A DNA stretch of 62,766 bases, from positions 1 to 62,766 of the forward strand of contig JAAILG010001711.1 of NCBI GenBank assembly GCA_012026655.1, written 5' to 3'. The DNA comes from Hydrolagus affinis (lineage: Eukaryota). Position numbers and translations under genes: made by a program. Of the stretch, positions 12,701-23,576 are shown one piece after another (position 1 is the stretch's first letter; the number at the start of each line of letters is the position of its first letter). The notes below the pieces were generated by a model, which worked only from the letters and a program-made list of their open reading frames with translations, searched no databases and was not told where the DNA came from.

Positions 12701-15700
12701 AAATAGTTTATTTTCAAGTATCTATCCAATTTGGGTTATAACCCAATCCAGAAGATCAAAACTCAACTACTTTATGATTATGAACACAAATACACTCCCA
12801 CCCCACCCAATTGCTGTCAATAGAATAACTGGTCACAACTGTAGTGGTAAGGGTGTGATGCAGAGTACCAAGTTAGACTTTTATTCTGTAGTTAGGCAGC
12901 CCTGTTCTTTCCATGTAAAATATATAGTTTGAAATCTATTAAGTCAAGCTTGGATCGTCTACAAATGTACACTTGCATGTACGCCTACATAAACTTACTA
13001 ACTTGGTTATAAGTAAAATTGTTTATTTATTTATCTTCAAATCTCTAGGTTTTGAGTGCATCTTCGCAAAGGCAAAAACACCTGCTGGTTCCTTCACAAT
13101 TCCATCATCATTTAGTAATAATCCTTGCATTTGATATAGCGCCTCTTCATGTCTTCGAGACGTCTCAAAACGTTTCACACAATGTACTGTAAAGTGAATC
13201 GACTGTACATTTTGTAGACGAAATGAACATTTGCTGCAAAAATGAAAACTTATGTTTTCATTGCCCAACAGTACATTGGAAAAGAAAAATAGAAAGAGAT
13301 GTTCCGTTTGCCTCTACGCCTCGCCCACTATGTTACAATGATTATACCATGTGCGCTCCGAGGAGCAATGATAAGGATTATTGTTGACTCTAAAATTCAT
13401 TGTTGTACAGTTTCGATAACTGAACCCAAGCCAGTGTGATACAAATGTGCAGGATTTCGGTAGTACTCTACATGATTTTATGATGCAATTTAATTCAGAG
13501 ATTTTAATTTAATTATTTTGGGATTGATGCGTGTTCGTTTTTCGAACAATTAAATTTCTTTAAATGTTTGTGGGAGACGTCTGTGCGCCATTAGCTGCCG
13601 TGTTTTCCCCACAAAGTTTCGAGGAAGTGCTTTGAGACGTCTCAGCAATGTGATCAGGTCCTACATCAAATGCAAGAATTATTATTAATTATAGAATTAT
13701 TATTATAGTATAAATACTGACAACTTTAGCCCCTGTCTGGAAAAGAGCAGGGAGATGCTAAAAATACATAACTCCTCGCAAAGCTATCAGAGGATTAAAA
13801 TAAATGACAACGATCTCCCACTTGTCTAAAGCAGACAAAAAAGTACTGTGCGGAAAGTTTTCTTTTAAACGAAGTCTACAGTACTCTAAATTTGTGATTA
13901 AAATGTTGCAGCTATTACTACACAACAAATCTCTATCTAGCTGAAGTTAAGGATACATCAATGTTTACTGTAGTAAACAGAAATCTGCCACTGACCCGAA
14001 ATACTTTATTCACCAACAAATAATACAGTTGCTACATTTTACAGCAAACCCTGTGAAGCTCTACGAGACATCCTCATGACTTGAAAGGCATTATAAGAAA
14101 GACATGATTTATTACATCAGGTGATCCCTTTTAGTTATGGCTTATATAGTAACAATTTTATTTTACCCACAAAATACATTTGATTCACTTTACGGTACAT
14201 CCTATGAAGCTCTTTTGAGACATCAACGACGTGATAAGGCACTATATCAAATGCAAAGATTATTATTATTAGTTAATACAGTATTTACTTAATCATAACC
14301 GACTAAACATAAAAGGCACAAATATTCCTTTAATGCAAATGCATCGCTTGCATTAAAATAAAAGTTACATTTCCATCTAGAATTGAGCCAAGTTAGTTTA
14401 TAGTTAGAAATCACAGCAACCCGAGGTCAAAAAAAAAGTTGCATGTAAATAATTTTTTGTCCTCAGAGCATGCAAAGTTATGCTGAAAGGGAGAAATAAA
14501 ATAAAACTTTTTTTAGCAAAGCAAATCATTTTAAATACCTATCGCCCAGCCTTCTTGTAAAAACATACTGTTCTATTAAGGAGGTTACTACAGGTCATTC
14601 TTGCAAAGCTTTTCAGTTAAATCATTACCTTCAAACGTGCAGTCCATGATTTCTGTGTGAACTTCACACAAGACTTACACGAATTTAGCCACAGCTAAAT
14701 TTTCGACGATGCACTTTTTACAGCATGTGCTAAACCTTACTAGCCTGCGAGAAGAAGGCTGCTCTGGTTTTCTTCTCTCCTCTGCTTAACTCCCCACCCC
14801 CCCATGTGGAAAAAAAATCCACTGACTGTATTCAAATCGAGGGGCGGATTTTTGAATCATTTTTTTTCCTCCATGAGGTGATCCAGTTCAGCCAATCGCT
14901 AGAGCTCCCAGTCCCTCGCTATGTTGTCCTCCCCCCACTCAGACACGACAGAAAGGATTTGTTTGACAGTCTGCACTTCCAGGGCACTGATTAATTCAGA
15001 AAGGTGAATAACCAGAGGTTACTCCAGGGCGTTTGCAGCAAATCCACCCACTTACAGGCACATCGCAATCCTTTACAAGCTTTACATGTCAGCGGTCGCC
15101 ACATTTTATTCAAATTGAAAAGCACCACAATCTCACGGCATCAACCAAATCCCTTTGGAGAGGGAAAAGAATAATCTGTCTTTACTATTTAAGATGAGAC
15201 ATTCAAAATCATTTAAAAAGACTCAGAAACAAACACCAAATCCTTTTTTTAAAAAAAAGTAGAGCTCTCTATTTTCTTTTTTTTAAAAAAAACAAGGTAT
15301 ATAAAAGCAATGTTTGCCTCTCGCTTCATACAGCAAAACGATATCTCCCGCAACACTGTAAATGTCTAAAAGTAGCTGGGCGTGTATATGAACTTGAGAT
15401 TCCACTTTGCAGGAGGAGGCAATAACCGACAGTAACCCTGGTGTGTCGTCAGAGCTTGAAAGGACTAACTATAACACAACTCAGCAGCAACTGTGGACAT
15501 GCAATACGGCATTGTGCCAAACACCAGGCAAACACTCCACACTTTCAGCAAATAGATATTTGCAAACATTCAGAAAACCTTGCATGTTTGTATATCTACT
15601 TGGACACCTTGTTCGATTCATCCCCAAAGTGTAACTTGTAATATACTATATTTTCGAAAATATAGTCAATTCACTTTAGTCTATTCTGTGAAGCGTTTTG

Positions 15701-17009
15701 AGGTGCCTCAAAAACGTGTTAAGGTTCTATATCAAATGTGAGGATCATTATATAAAGTAATTACTTAATTATTTAAATAACGTGCTTCTCAATCTTTTGA
15801 AAATCATATATTAATATGAATGAAAAACTTATTTCAGAATGAATGAATGAAAGATGAGCCACATTATACTAAGAAGTACAGTATTGACAAACCAGTGGCA
15901 CAACAACGTATAAATATAATCGTAGTTTATTACACAACAAATCCCATAACTTGATTGATTATACAATTTCCAAGCAAACAAACAATAAGTATAAATATTA
16001 GAAGCTAATAAAAAGTAGCCGCCAATGTAGCTTTGGAGCATAACATCCATTATGTTTGCAAATCTGTTCTCTATCTAGCATGTGCGCTCCAAACGATGCC
16101 CATGCAGTCTCCGTTGCTCAATAATAATATTAATTCTTGCATTTGATATATTTTCACTTCTTCTAGACGTCTCAAAGCGCTTCACAGAATATACTGTAAA
16201 GTGAATTGACTGTATATATTTGTGGAAGAAACGCAGCAGCCAATTGCGCACAGCAGCGTCCCCACAAACAGTCCTGGATTGAAAATGAGCAATTTATTGT
16301 TGCTTTTTGGGGGATGGATTATTAAATGGGGAAGATGCATTTCACTCAGAAATAAAAGGTAAGGCAATTCATTATCATTCGTGGATTTATTCAGATTTCT
16401 GGATGTGAGGGGGGAGCTCTCCTGCGTTTCCCCCATCAAGGGAGAGAGCGCGCGCACTCCATTTCCAATAAACCTGTCGGGAATTTCTAAATGTGTCGGT
16501 GGGATTCATGGAATTCACACTCTGGTCAGGCGAATCTTCAAGCATGGTGATGGGTTTCCACATGTGTCAGCTGAAAAAACTGCCAATGGCTGCCAATAAC
16601 CAAGCTGCCAATACTAAAGACAGTCAATGACCAGGCAGTCACTGCCAACCTTGCCAATGCCAACCCTACCAATGCCAACCCTACCAATGCCAACCTTGCC
16701 AATGCCAACCCGGCCAATGCCAACCCTGCCAGTGCCAACCCTGCCAATGCTATCCCTTGCCAATGACCAGACCATCAATGCCATTCCTGCCAATGCCAAC
16801 TATGCTAACGACCAGACCCTCAACTCTCAATGCCACTCCTGCCAATGACCAGACCGTCAAGGCCATGCCTTGCCAATGCCCATCAACTCACCATCGATGT
16901 CGCTGAGCAACGCGCTATCGATCTCGCCGCTGTCGGTCAGTGACGGGTCCAATTGGTCCAGGGACGAGTCATCGTCGAAGCCGCTGGCGGTCGGAGCGGC
17001 GTTATTCAT
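583..17009 (-). CDS. SREBF1: Sterol regulatory element-binding protein 1, isoform 1a; exons 1-15, 3' end beyond the window start
   Basis: 15 GT-AG exons with consistent phases (about 884 codons). Acidic N-terminus, bHLH-Zip with the SREBP-diagnostic Tyr ([10 protein letters not shown]), TPPPS degron, DRSR/NP site-2 motifs, RNML site-1 motif and two TM helices. Synteny with TOM1L2 supports SREBF1 over SREBF2. Confidence 0.96.
1371..1480 (-). CDS. SREBF1: SREBF1 exon 14
   Basis: [17 protein letters not shown]. Confidence 0.92.
2035..2143 (-). CDS. SREBF1: SREBF1 exon 13
   Basis: [20 protein letters not shown], read manually; ttaacag acceptor, gtgggc donor. Confidence 0.9.
2212..2582 (-). mobile_element. 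tRNA-derived SINE, long variant with an extra central domain
   Basis: Same head and tail plus an internal segment shared with copies at about 8780-9020, 43045-43220, 44400-44700, 48225-48630 and 49590-49940. Confidence 0.8.
2641..2809 (-). CDS. SREBF1: SREBF1 exon 12
   Basis: RFFLSS...[16 protein letters not shown]. Confidence 0.93.
3605..3771 (-). CDS. SREBF1: SREBF1 exon 11
   Basis: [25 protein letters not shown]...; canonical splice sites. Confidence 0.93.
4565..4826 (-). CDS. SREBF1: SREBF1 exon 10
   Basis: GDFAQA...[16 protein letters not shown]...[15 protein letters not shown]. Confidence 0.94.
5727..5911 (-). CDS. SREBF1: SREBF1 exon 9 (TM2)
   Basis: [10 protein letters not shown]...VYGEPV...[14 protein letters not shown]. 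Confidence 0.94.
6389..6590 (-). CDS. SREBF1: SREBF1 exon 8 (TM1, S2P and S1P sites)
   Basis: [23 protein letters not shown]...GRNML. Confidence 0.94.
6665..6981. mobile_element. hAT (Charlie-like) MITE
   Basis: GGTTCTCAACC / GGTTGAGAACC termini, 8-bp TSD TTCTAGAC/TTTTAGAC, interrupts a SINE. Confidence 0.75.
7109..7284 (-). CDS. SREBF1: SREBF1 exon 7 ([10 protein letters not shown] phosphodegron)
   Basis: Conserved TPPPSD motif; phases fit. Confidence 0.92.
7475..7589 (-). CDS. SREBF1: SREBF1 exon 6, helix 2 and leucine zipper
   Basis: [28 protein letters not shown]; ctag acceptor, gtgagt donor. Confidence 0.95.
8055..8267 (-). CDS. SREBF1: SREBF1 exon 5, basic region and helix 1
   Basis: [27 protein letters not shown]. 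Confidence 0.96.
9079..9216 (-). CDS. SREBF1: SREBF1 exon 4 ([16 protein letters not shown]...)
   Basis: Conserved [10 protein letters not shown]; canonical splice sites. Confidence 0.93.
10417..10580 (-). CDS. SREBF1: SREBF1 exon 3 (Gln/Pro-rich, ...QIHQVP)
   Basis: ttcag acceptor, gtaagt donor, phase 1 to 0. Confidence 0.88.
11785..12177 (-). CDS. SREBF1: SREBF1 exon 2 ([18 protein letters not shown]...)
   Basis: tttacag acceptor, gtaaac donor, conserved [10 protein letters not shown]. Confidence 0.93.
12406..12616. mobile_element. Tigger/pogo-like MITE, short copy
   Basis: CAGTAAAAGCCCGTTTATC... TIR, TA on both flanks; ends shared with 59289-60108. Confidence 0.8.
14582..14597 (+). promoter_or_regulatory. 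DR4 / LXR response element AGGTTActacAGGTCA
   Basis: Near-perfect DR4 about 30 nt inside the intron after exon 1c. Confidence 0.6.
14629..14647 (-). CDS. SREBF1: SREBF1 alternative first exon 1c coding part (MDCTFE)
   Basis: Minus strand reads aatcATG GAC TGC ACG TTT GAA G|gtaatg. Matches the mammalian SREBP-1c N-terminus as I recall it; phase 1 fits exon 2 (G|AT ATG CTG = D M L). Confidence 0.85.
14841..14896 (-). promoter_or_regulatory. SREBP-1c promoter module: inverted CCAAT (14892-14896), SRE-like ATCACCTCAT (14873-14882), GC box (14841-14847)
   Basis: Motifs read directly about 200-250 bp upstream of the MDCTFE ATG, in the NF-Y > SRE > Sp1 order known from the mammalian 1c promoter. 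Confidence 0.65.
15016..15031 (+). promoter_or_regulatory. DR4 / LXRE-like AGGTTActccAGGGCG
   Basis: Upstream of the 1c SRE module; resembles the proximal rodent 1c LXRE as I recall it. Confidence 0.5.
15423..15438 (-). promoter_or_regulatory. DR4 / LXRE-like GGGTTActgtCGGTTA
   Basis: Plus strand TAACCGACAGTAACCC; DR4 spacing, about 780 bp upstream of the 1c ATG. Confidence 0.45.
16580..16885. repeat. Minisatellite of TGCCAA-based units (about 15-bp period CCAATGCCAACCYTR)
   Basis: Directly visible tandem repeats; explains the spurious PTLPM / LAGLA / GIGRV ORFs. Confidence 0.9.
16892..17009 (-). CDS. SREBF1: SREBF1 exon 1a ([16 protein letters not shown]...ALLSDID)
   Basis: ATG at 17009, GTGAGT donor, phase 1; acidic transactivation segment in a CpG-rich region. 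Confidence 0.9.
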
Positions 17010-17119
17010 GGCCTGATAAAAGTCGACACACACACACACAGAGTGAACAACACCAGGGCCGCCCGCTGACGGCGGGAGCAACAAACTTTTATCACAGGGA
17101 CAAACACCAACCAACTCCC

Positions 17120-17530
17120 TGAATGTGTTTACGCCGAACTGTCGGCCCGGCGCCTGCCCGCCCCGCCTGCCCGCCTTCACCAACCGTCAATCAAGGGCGC
17201 CCGATACCTAACTCGCTAGCGGAAATGGCGGCTCCCGATGATTGGCGGCCAGTACCGACCAATGGGAAGCGGGAAATGGTGGGCGTCGCCGGACTAGTAG
17301 CCAATTAGCGACGGGGACGGCTCAGGTTTGGTTGAGAGGGCGGGCGGTCGGCACGCGTGCGGCTGGAACCAGCGCGGGCGACCAATCAGCGCGCGGGCTC
17401 CGGCGTGGGGTGATCGGTCGTCATGGTTCCAACCTCGGCCATTACATCATGTGGTTAGCAGGCAGCCCAGCACACCATTCAGCCAGGAGGGCGGGCGCAG
17501 TTTTGTTTCTCCCCTCCCGCCCACCCCATG
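17120..17530 (-). promoter_or_regulatory. SREBF1 1a CpG-island promoter with multiple CCAAT boxes, GC boxes and a perfect SRE-1 (ATCACCCCAC, 17405-17414)
   Basis: CpG-rich; CCAAT/ATTGG near 17241, 17260, 17301 and 17382; GTGGGGTGAT on the plus strand. Confidence 0.7.
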
Positions 17531-20439
17531 TCATCTCACAGCATCAAATCCTTGCATTTTTGCATGTTTTTGTCTCAATCCATCCCGCTCACATTCCTCA
17601 TTACTTCAAAGGTTTTACACTCCAGGGCGGTGCTGGGGGGAAGAGGGGGAATGCCTAACAATCTTCCAGATACATTGGTCAGTCACTTCCCAGCTGTTCT
17701 GGAACATTGCTTGCTGCCTTCGTCTTTTAAATACGCAAGTCACGGCACTTCACGAACCTTAAAGTGAAGCACTTTAAGATGTTGCACTCCTCCTGAGCCC
17801 ACTCATTCAGCATTGTAAATTCTGAAATTCAGCCTCAGTTTGGAAGCAAAATTTGAGAACTGTGAGAGATTTGACTTCCACTTATGACTGAATTTTTAGG
17901 AATATGCCACAATTAAATTTTGAGACACCATCTAAGATCAACTGTGGGTGGAATAATATTAATAACTCTTGCATTTGATTTAGCGTCTTATCACATCTTT
18001 GAGATGTCTCAAAGCGCTTCACAGAATATACTGTAAAGCGTATATTTTGTGGGCGAAATGGCCAATTGTGCACATCAGTGTTATTTTTAAAGCTACGATT
18101 TCCTGAAATAGGAACATTATCTGAACTTTGTCTTGGATTGTTTTTAACGGCAGTGCACTAAATGTAAACAAGAGAGGTTTGCTAATCACTCGAAGCAATT
18201 GCATCATTTAATCCGGGTTCAGAAATAACCTCCTGAGTGTAAAATTAGTTGGTGATTCACAGATTCCCAATGTGCAAATATAATCGCTGCAGTTTGCCCC
18301 TGGAGGTTATAAGTGCAATAGGTATTCCCAGTTGCATTAAATGATCCTCGTGAGAACAGATAGTTTGTTTGGATTAGACAAGACGGAGAAGCTGAAACGT
18401 TCCATTAAAAAAAATTAACTTGAATTCATACAAAGTTGTTTCCATGAAGTGTTCCACTACAGAACTGAGACTGCTCTTTAAGACAAATTCCAATCGTGCC
18501 CTAATAGTTTAGACAAGCTTTGTTATTTTTTTCTTTTAATCCTTTCTATAGGCTGACTCAGGTTCGGACACAAATCCCCAGGTACCAGCTCCAGTCTCGA
18601 CCTGACTGTTCAGAGTCTTGGGACATCCTCCCAACGTGAAAGGCACTCTATAAATGTAATTTTGTTGTTGTCAACTACATGTCGATTCTTCCATGTGTCA
18701 GCCACAATCAAAACAATCTAATAATCATTGTGTTTGATATCGTGCCTTTCATGTTGTCCATGTCTCAAATTGCTTCACAGGATATTTTTTGCTGAAAACC
18801 TTGGGATTTTACATTTTGCACATAGCAGTCAATTTACACACAGCCGCATCCCACAAACAAGTGGAAGTGAATGGTCAACTTTATTTGGAGAATTGTCAGC
18901 CAACTCGTTCTATATTTTGCTCCATTGCTTGGATTGTTTGTTCCATTTGTATGAAAGTACTCTTTCCCCTCCGAACCCAAAAGGTACCACTAAATGTCTG
19001 CTGATGTATAGTTCCATAGAGCCTCGTGACCATTCTTTATATGAGGAGCGGTCTGGAGCATCATAGCAACGCCGAAATACTGTCCTGAAGTCCACAAACA
19101 TGCATTTTTCAATCACATTCAGGAAGCCATTTTGATGCCAGCCCGTCTTTGAATATCAGTTAAAGCTGGGATCTGAACTGGAAGCATTGAGCTGAGAACA
19201 GGATCATAGCTTCAGAACTGTGCCACTTTTAAGCAATCACAAATGTACACTGGTTCAAACTGCTGATACACAGGTAGTGTTTATTCATAATATTACATGC
19301 AAGGGTCAACACTATAGTTGAAGCAGTAGTGACAGTTCAGTACAAACCATACATTCATTCCATCCTTAGTCACTGGCATAATTCATGAGTCTGCAGCTAC
19401 ACAAGGTTAATGAAATGCCAGTGCACAGCCAATTGTATATGAACTGCATCTACCGCTCTTGTATGTGAAAATGAACCCAAAAGCTAAAAAGGTTCATAAA
19501 TAAATATTAAACTGCGCTTCTGCATAAATGGCTACTAACATACAGGCTTTTGCTTGTACTGCTTACAGGTTATGTGTAGTGTTAATGTCATCGAAAAAGT
19601 CATACTGTTAAGCTGCATAATTTTGAGTTGGTCATCTGCATTTCAAGCCTTTGTTATAGTAAATATCGTTTCAAGGATCCAATCCCATATTTTGAATCGA
19701 GTAGCAATGATCATCACAAGACTCTTTAACAACCTGTATTTGTAGCTGACAAAATCCATCACAGTTTCAGCTGAAATAGATGCCGCTGGATATTTAAGTT
19801 GCCAGAACTAGATAAATCTTAAGTTCTGCCATCTTTTGACTTAGTAAAAACAAGGATTGACAATTTTTTTAAATGCTGTTTTTTAACAAAATTATCTGCT
19901 CGCATTTTCCCCCCACCCCCACCAATATCATGTGATAAAATGCTGCATAATATGTCACTCTAACTTATATAATCATTCCTGATCACATAGTAGCAACCAA
20001 CAGGAGTTGGAGTGCACACGCCACATCTGGAGTTATCCCAATGTGTATGTTGAACTAGTTCAGACAGTTTTTGCAGTGAGAGAGAGAAAAAAAAACACAG
20101 CTTTTGTTTTTAGAATTCAATTTCAAATTTAAAGTTGCTTTCGTCAAAAACAAAAAATGCTGGGGGCTTTCATCCAATTTGAAAACAGCTCTGAAAGTGG
20201 ATGAAAACTCTTGACTGCAGTCTCCGACAACCACTTTTAAAAAAATCAATTAATGCAGTAGAAGAATGGATGTATCAGCAGGTACTTCAGCATGAATTGC
20301 TGCTGTGCTCTAACTCCCGAATCTTTCTAAACCATTTCCTGCATTAAATATAAAGACGATTATTTACAGTTTATTTTCCTATAAAACTGACAGTCTGATG
20401 AAGTCTGATGAAGCAGCAAGCTCAAGTTCAGAACTTTTC

Positions 20440-20539
20440 NNNNNNNNNNNNNNNNNNNNNNNNNNNNNNNNNNNNNNNNNNNNNNNNNNNNNNNNNNNNN
20501 NNNNNNNNNNNNNNNNNNNNNNNNNNNNNNNNNNNNNNN
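20440..20539. other. Assembly gap (100 N)
   Basis: Run of N. Confidence 1.
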
Positions 20540-23500
20540 TTCCCATGCTCTGTTGTAGCATGATGGCTGTTTGCTTATATTAATTTTGTTTAATACCAAC
20601 AGAGAAACTGAGTGAGAGACTTAAAGAAAGTGTGAGATAAGAGACTTCAACCCAATCTGCTGCCTGGGTCAATAACACAAGGATATAATGGATGAACCCT
20701 AACCCTGTGCTACCAATTCCTTGTCATGCAAACTTTGCACTATAAATCTAACTGCAGACATCAGGGCCGAATTTGCACACTTCTATAAATGCAATTAGGA
20801 ACACATCAACAAAATCCTTATGCCTCATATTTACAATGTTTATCCCCCATCATCAGTTTGCTGAAGTAAGACATAAATATCCAGACTTAATAAAAGATCC
20901 AACTAACATCATTAACAGTTAATTGCAATGCGAGGAATCCTTATATTTAAGGAGTCTTAACGGTAGCTGAGAATTTACAAAAAGCAGATGAATGTACCAA
21001 CTCAAAAGCTATGTATCCCAACAGAGAGGATTGTAAAAAGGAAAACATCTCATTACATATTTAGCCTATTTTGATTCCAAACTCACAGGTTGGCTTTGGA
21101 AACTTACTATTGCACTATTATACAGACTTGTAAAAGTGGAACCTTGGATATGTACCCTCATTTCTCAGGTGCAGGTTCCTTTACTGTGCACTGAGTCGTC
21201 CGTCATTCAGGAATTGGGAGGACGACCTGTTTATAAAGCACTGGTGCGCAAATGGCAACACTTCAGGAGGATACAAATAAAGAGTGCTATCACAAGTAAA
21301 CTTTAACAGCCTGGTAACTGCACTTGCTTGCGGAGGTTACTTATAATGCTACACGGTCAATAGCACGTTACATATCCCTAAAATGACCAGAGAAGTGTTT
21401 GTTATTAACACCACTGATTAAAGCTACACAAAGTATTGTTTCACACCAGATTATCCTATTGATAGAAATATTACATTGTAACTTACACTATTGTTAAATG
21501 TATGTGCACGTCACTTTTTGTGAACATTAATACACCTGGCAGATTACCATTTACATACTTTATATACTACTGTACCTACATATTTTCTGTGTATCTAAGT
21601 ATTCATTTTGTTACTGGGTAATGGAAGTTATTTTTATAGCGACTCTATTGTCTGAGCAATTTCCAAACACTTTTACTAACTGAACCTTTCCAATAGATTG
21701 GAGGAACCAGTTGCTACTCCAAATCTATATTTTTTTAAATCCACATTTAGAATTCCACTTCTTTTCCCTATTTTTGTGCTGCAAATGACATTTTATAGTA
21801 AGCAACGTTCTGCAGGGAAAGAAACACATAACTGTGACGCAGTTGTTCATCGATGGTGAGAGAACAGAGAAGAGATGCTGCACTTCAGTCCAATGGGAGA
21901 AACGTCATTCAAACTGTATCTGTCAGTAAAGTTAACATTCCCCACATTTAGCTCCAAGAGACATGCTTATTGTACCTTTCTCTCAATCCAGTTGCTCTGA
22001 ACAACTAGAACCTAATTTCAAACGTGAGCTACTACCTTCCACTTTCTTAAGTATGTTCCTTCTCCACAAGTTATGCCTCAAAAAAGGTAAATGGAGAGTA
22101 ACAAAAAAAAAGCTGCCAGGCAGCCTGCAGTCTGACCAAACTTTCAGAACTGTACAGTCCTGGGAGGGTAGGTCACTCAGTCCAAACCAGAGTGACCTAC
22201 ATTTGTGTTTCTATTAAGAGTTACTGTGCTTTTGGTCACCTTTCCCCCCTCCCCCTGGCTCAGCCTTGGACTCCTCTTTGTGAAGCGCTCTGAGACACCG
22301 TCTGGCGTGGAGGGCGCTATATAAATCCAAGTTGTTGTGGTTGTTGTTACCATCAATAATCTTTGCAATTGATATAGCAAAATAGAATAAGAATATTAAA
22401 TCTAGATCAAATATTCCACCGTGAGAAATTGACACTTGGCAGCATCGTTTAAGCCAAAGGCAAATCTTTAAATGGCATATAAACAACATAAATGTGAGTG
22501 CCATTCATGTAACATGAAAAGAAATAGTAACAGGAATTCTGCTTCACCTAAAGCCCCATGTCAGGCATTCACTGGTTAAGTAGCCCTATGTCAGGAGATG
22601 GTTCATTTTCTAGTCAAACTCTGTCTCCCTGTTATTTCCCCACCACATGCTTGCTGACACTGATAAGTAATTTTCAACAGTAGCTTCACTGGTCACAACA
22701 TAGGACACTTTAATAAAGCTATTATCACTTGCAACACTCCAGCACAGTAAGGCGTAAAACACACACACACACACAGAGCGTGGGACAATCTGGTTCAGCA
22801 TTTTCTCACTCTCTTGGCTACTTCACAAAACTAATCTCTCAGTTAGTGCATTTTCCCAGTGCATCTTTGTGTTACAGTTATGGTTACAGGAATAGAATAG
22901 CTTTGTACAATCAACTATAGATTAGAATAAACTTTAGAATCGCTCTAATGTACTCTCAGTAACTTTCATACTACGTATTGCACTGTACAAGTCGCTAAGT
23001 CCCTACCGCACTGACGTTTGGACAGAAAAACGAGGGAGATTTACTGGGGAGATTTTTTTTAAAAAAAAGACATGCTTGTTGAAAATATTTCAGTTTAAAA
23101 GTGAGCAGTTTCTATTAATGCCAAAATAACCAATTGTTCGATCTTCCCTTTGGGATCAGGTACCCCCAAAAGGATCAGGTAATGCCTCATACAATCTCCT
23201 AAGTGAAATAAGTCAACAAAATGGAAAGCTTTAGGATAGTATGCATCTAAATTAGGAGGTAGGTGGATCTCAACTACTGTATAACCGTGAACTGTAGAAC
23301 CTATTGCAAGCGTAGCTGAAGGTGCACACAATACTTAATACTGAGGAAATCGTTAAATCTATTGGTTGTGGGGGGAAGAGGAGACAGAAATAATCTGTTG
23401 AGTTTGTAACAGAGGAATGCACACAAAATAAGGCTGTTTTTGAATGATTGGAGCAAAGAACTCAGAGCGTCCTCAGCTGGGTACTGAGGATAAACGGTAG

Positions 23501-23576
23501 CAGACTGTACAGCATCATTCTGCCCAATACAGGGGACCCACCACGCACACGGACACGAACACAACAAGCAGATTAT

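Noticed and set aside
16538-16848. Repetitive ORFs (PTLPM, LAGLA, GIGRV)
   Set aside because: Translations of the intronic minisatellite; no splice or start context. Not a CRISPR array either, since there are no unique spacers.
583-17009. SREBF2 identity
   Set aside because: The [10 protein letters not shown] exon, MDCTFE exon, TPPPSDAGS motif and TOM1L2-DRC3-ATPAF2 synteny all point to SREBF1.
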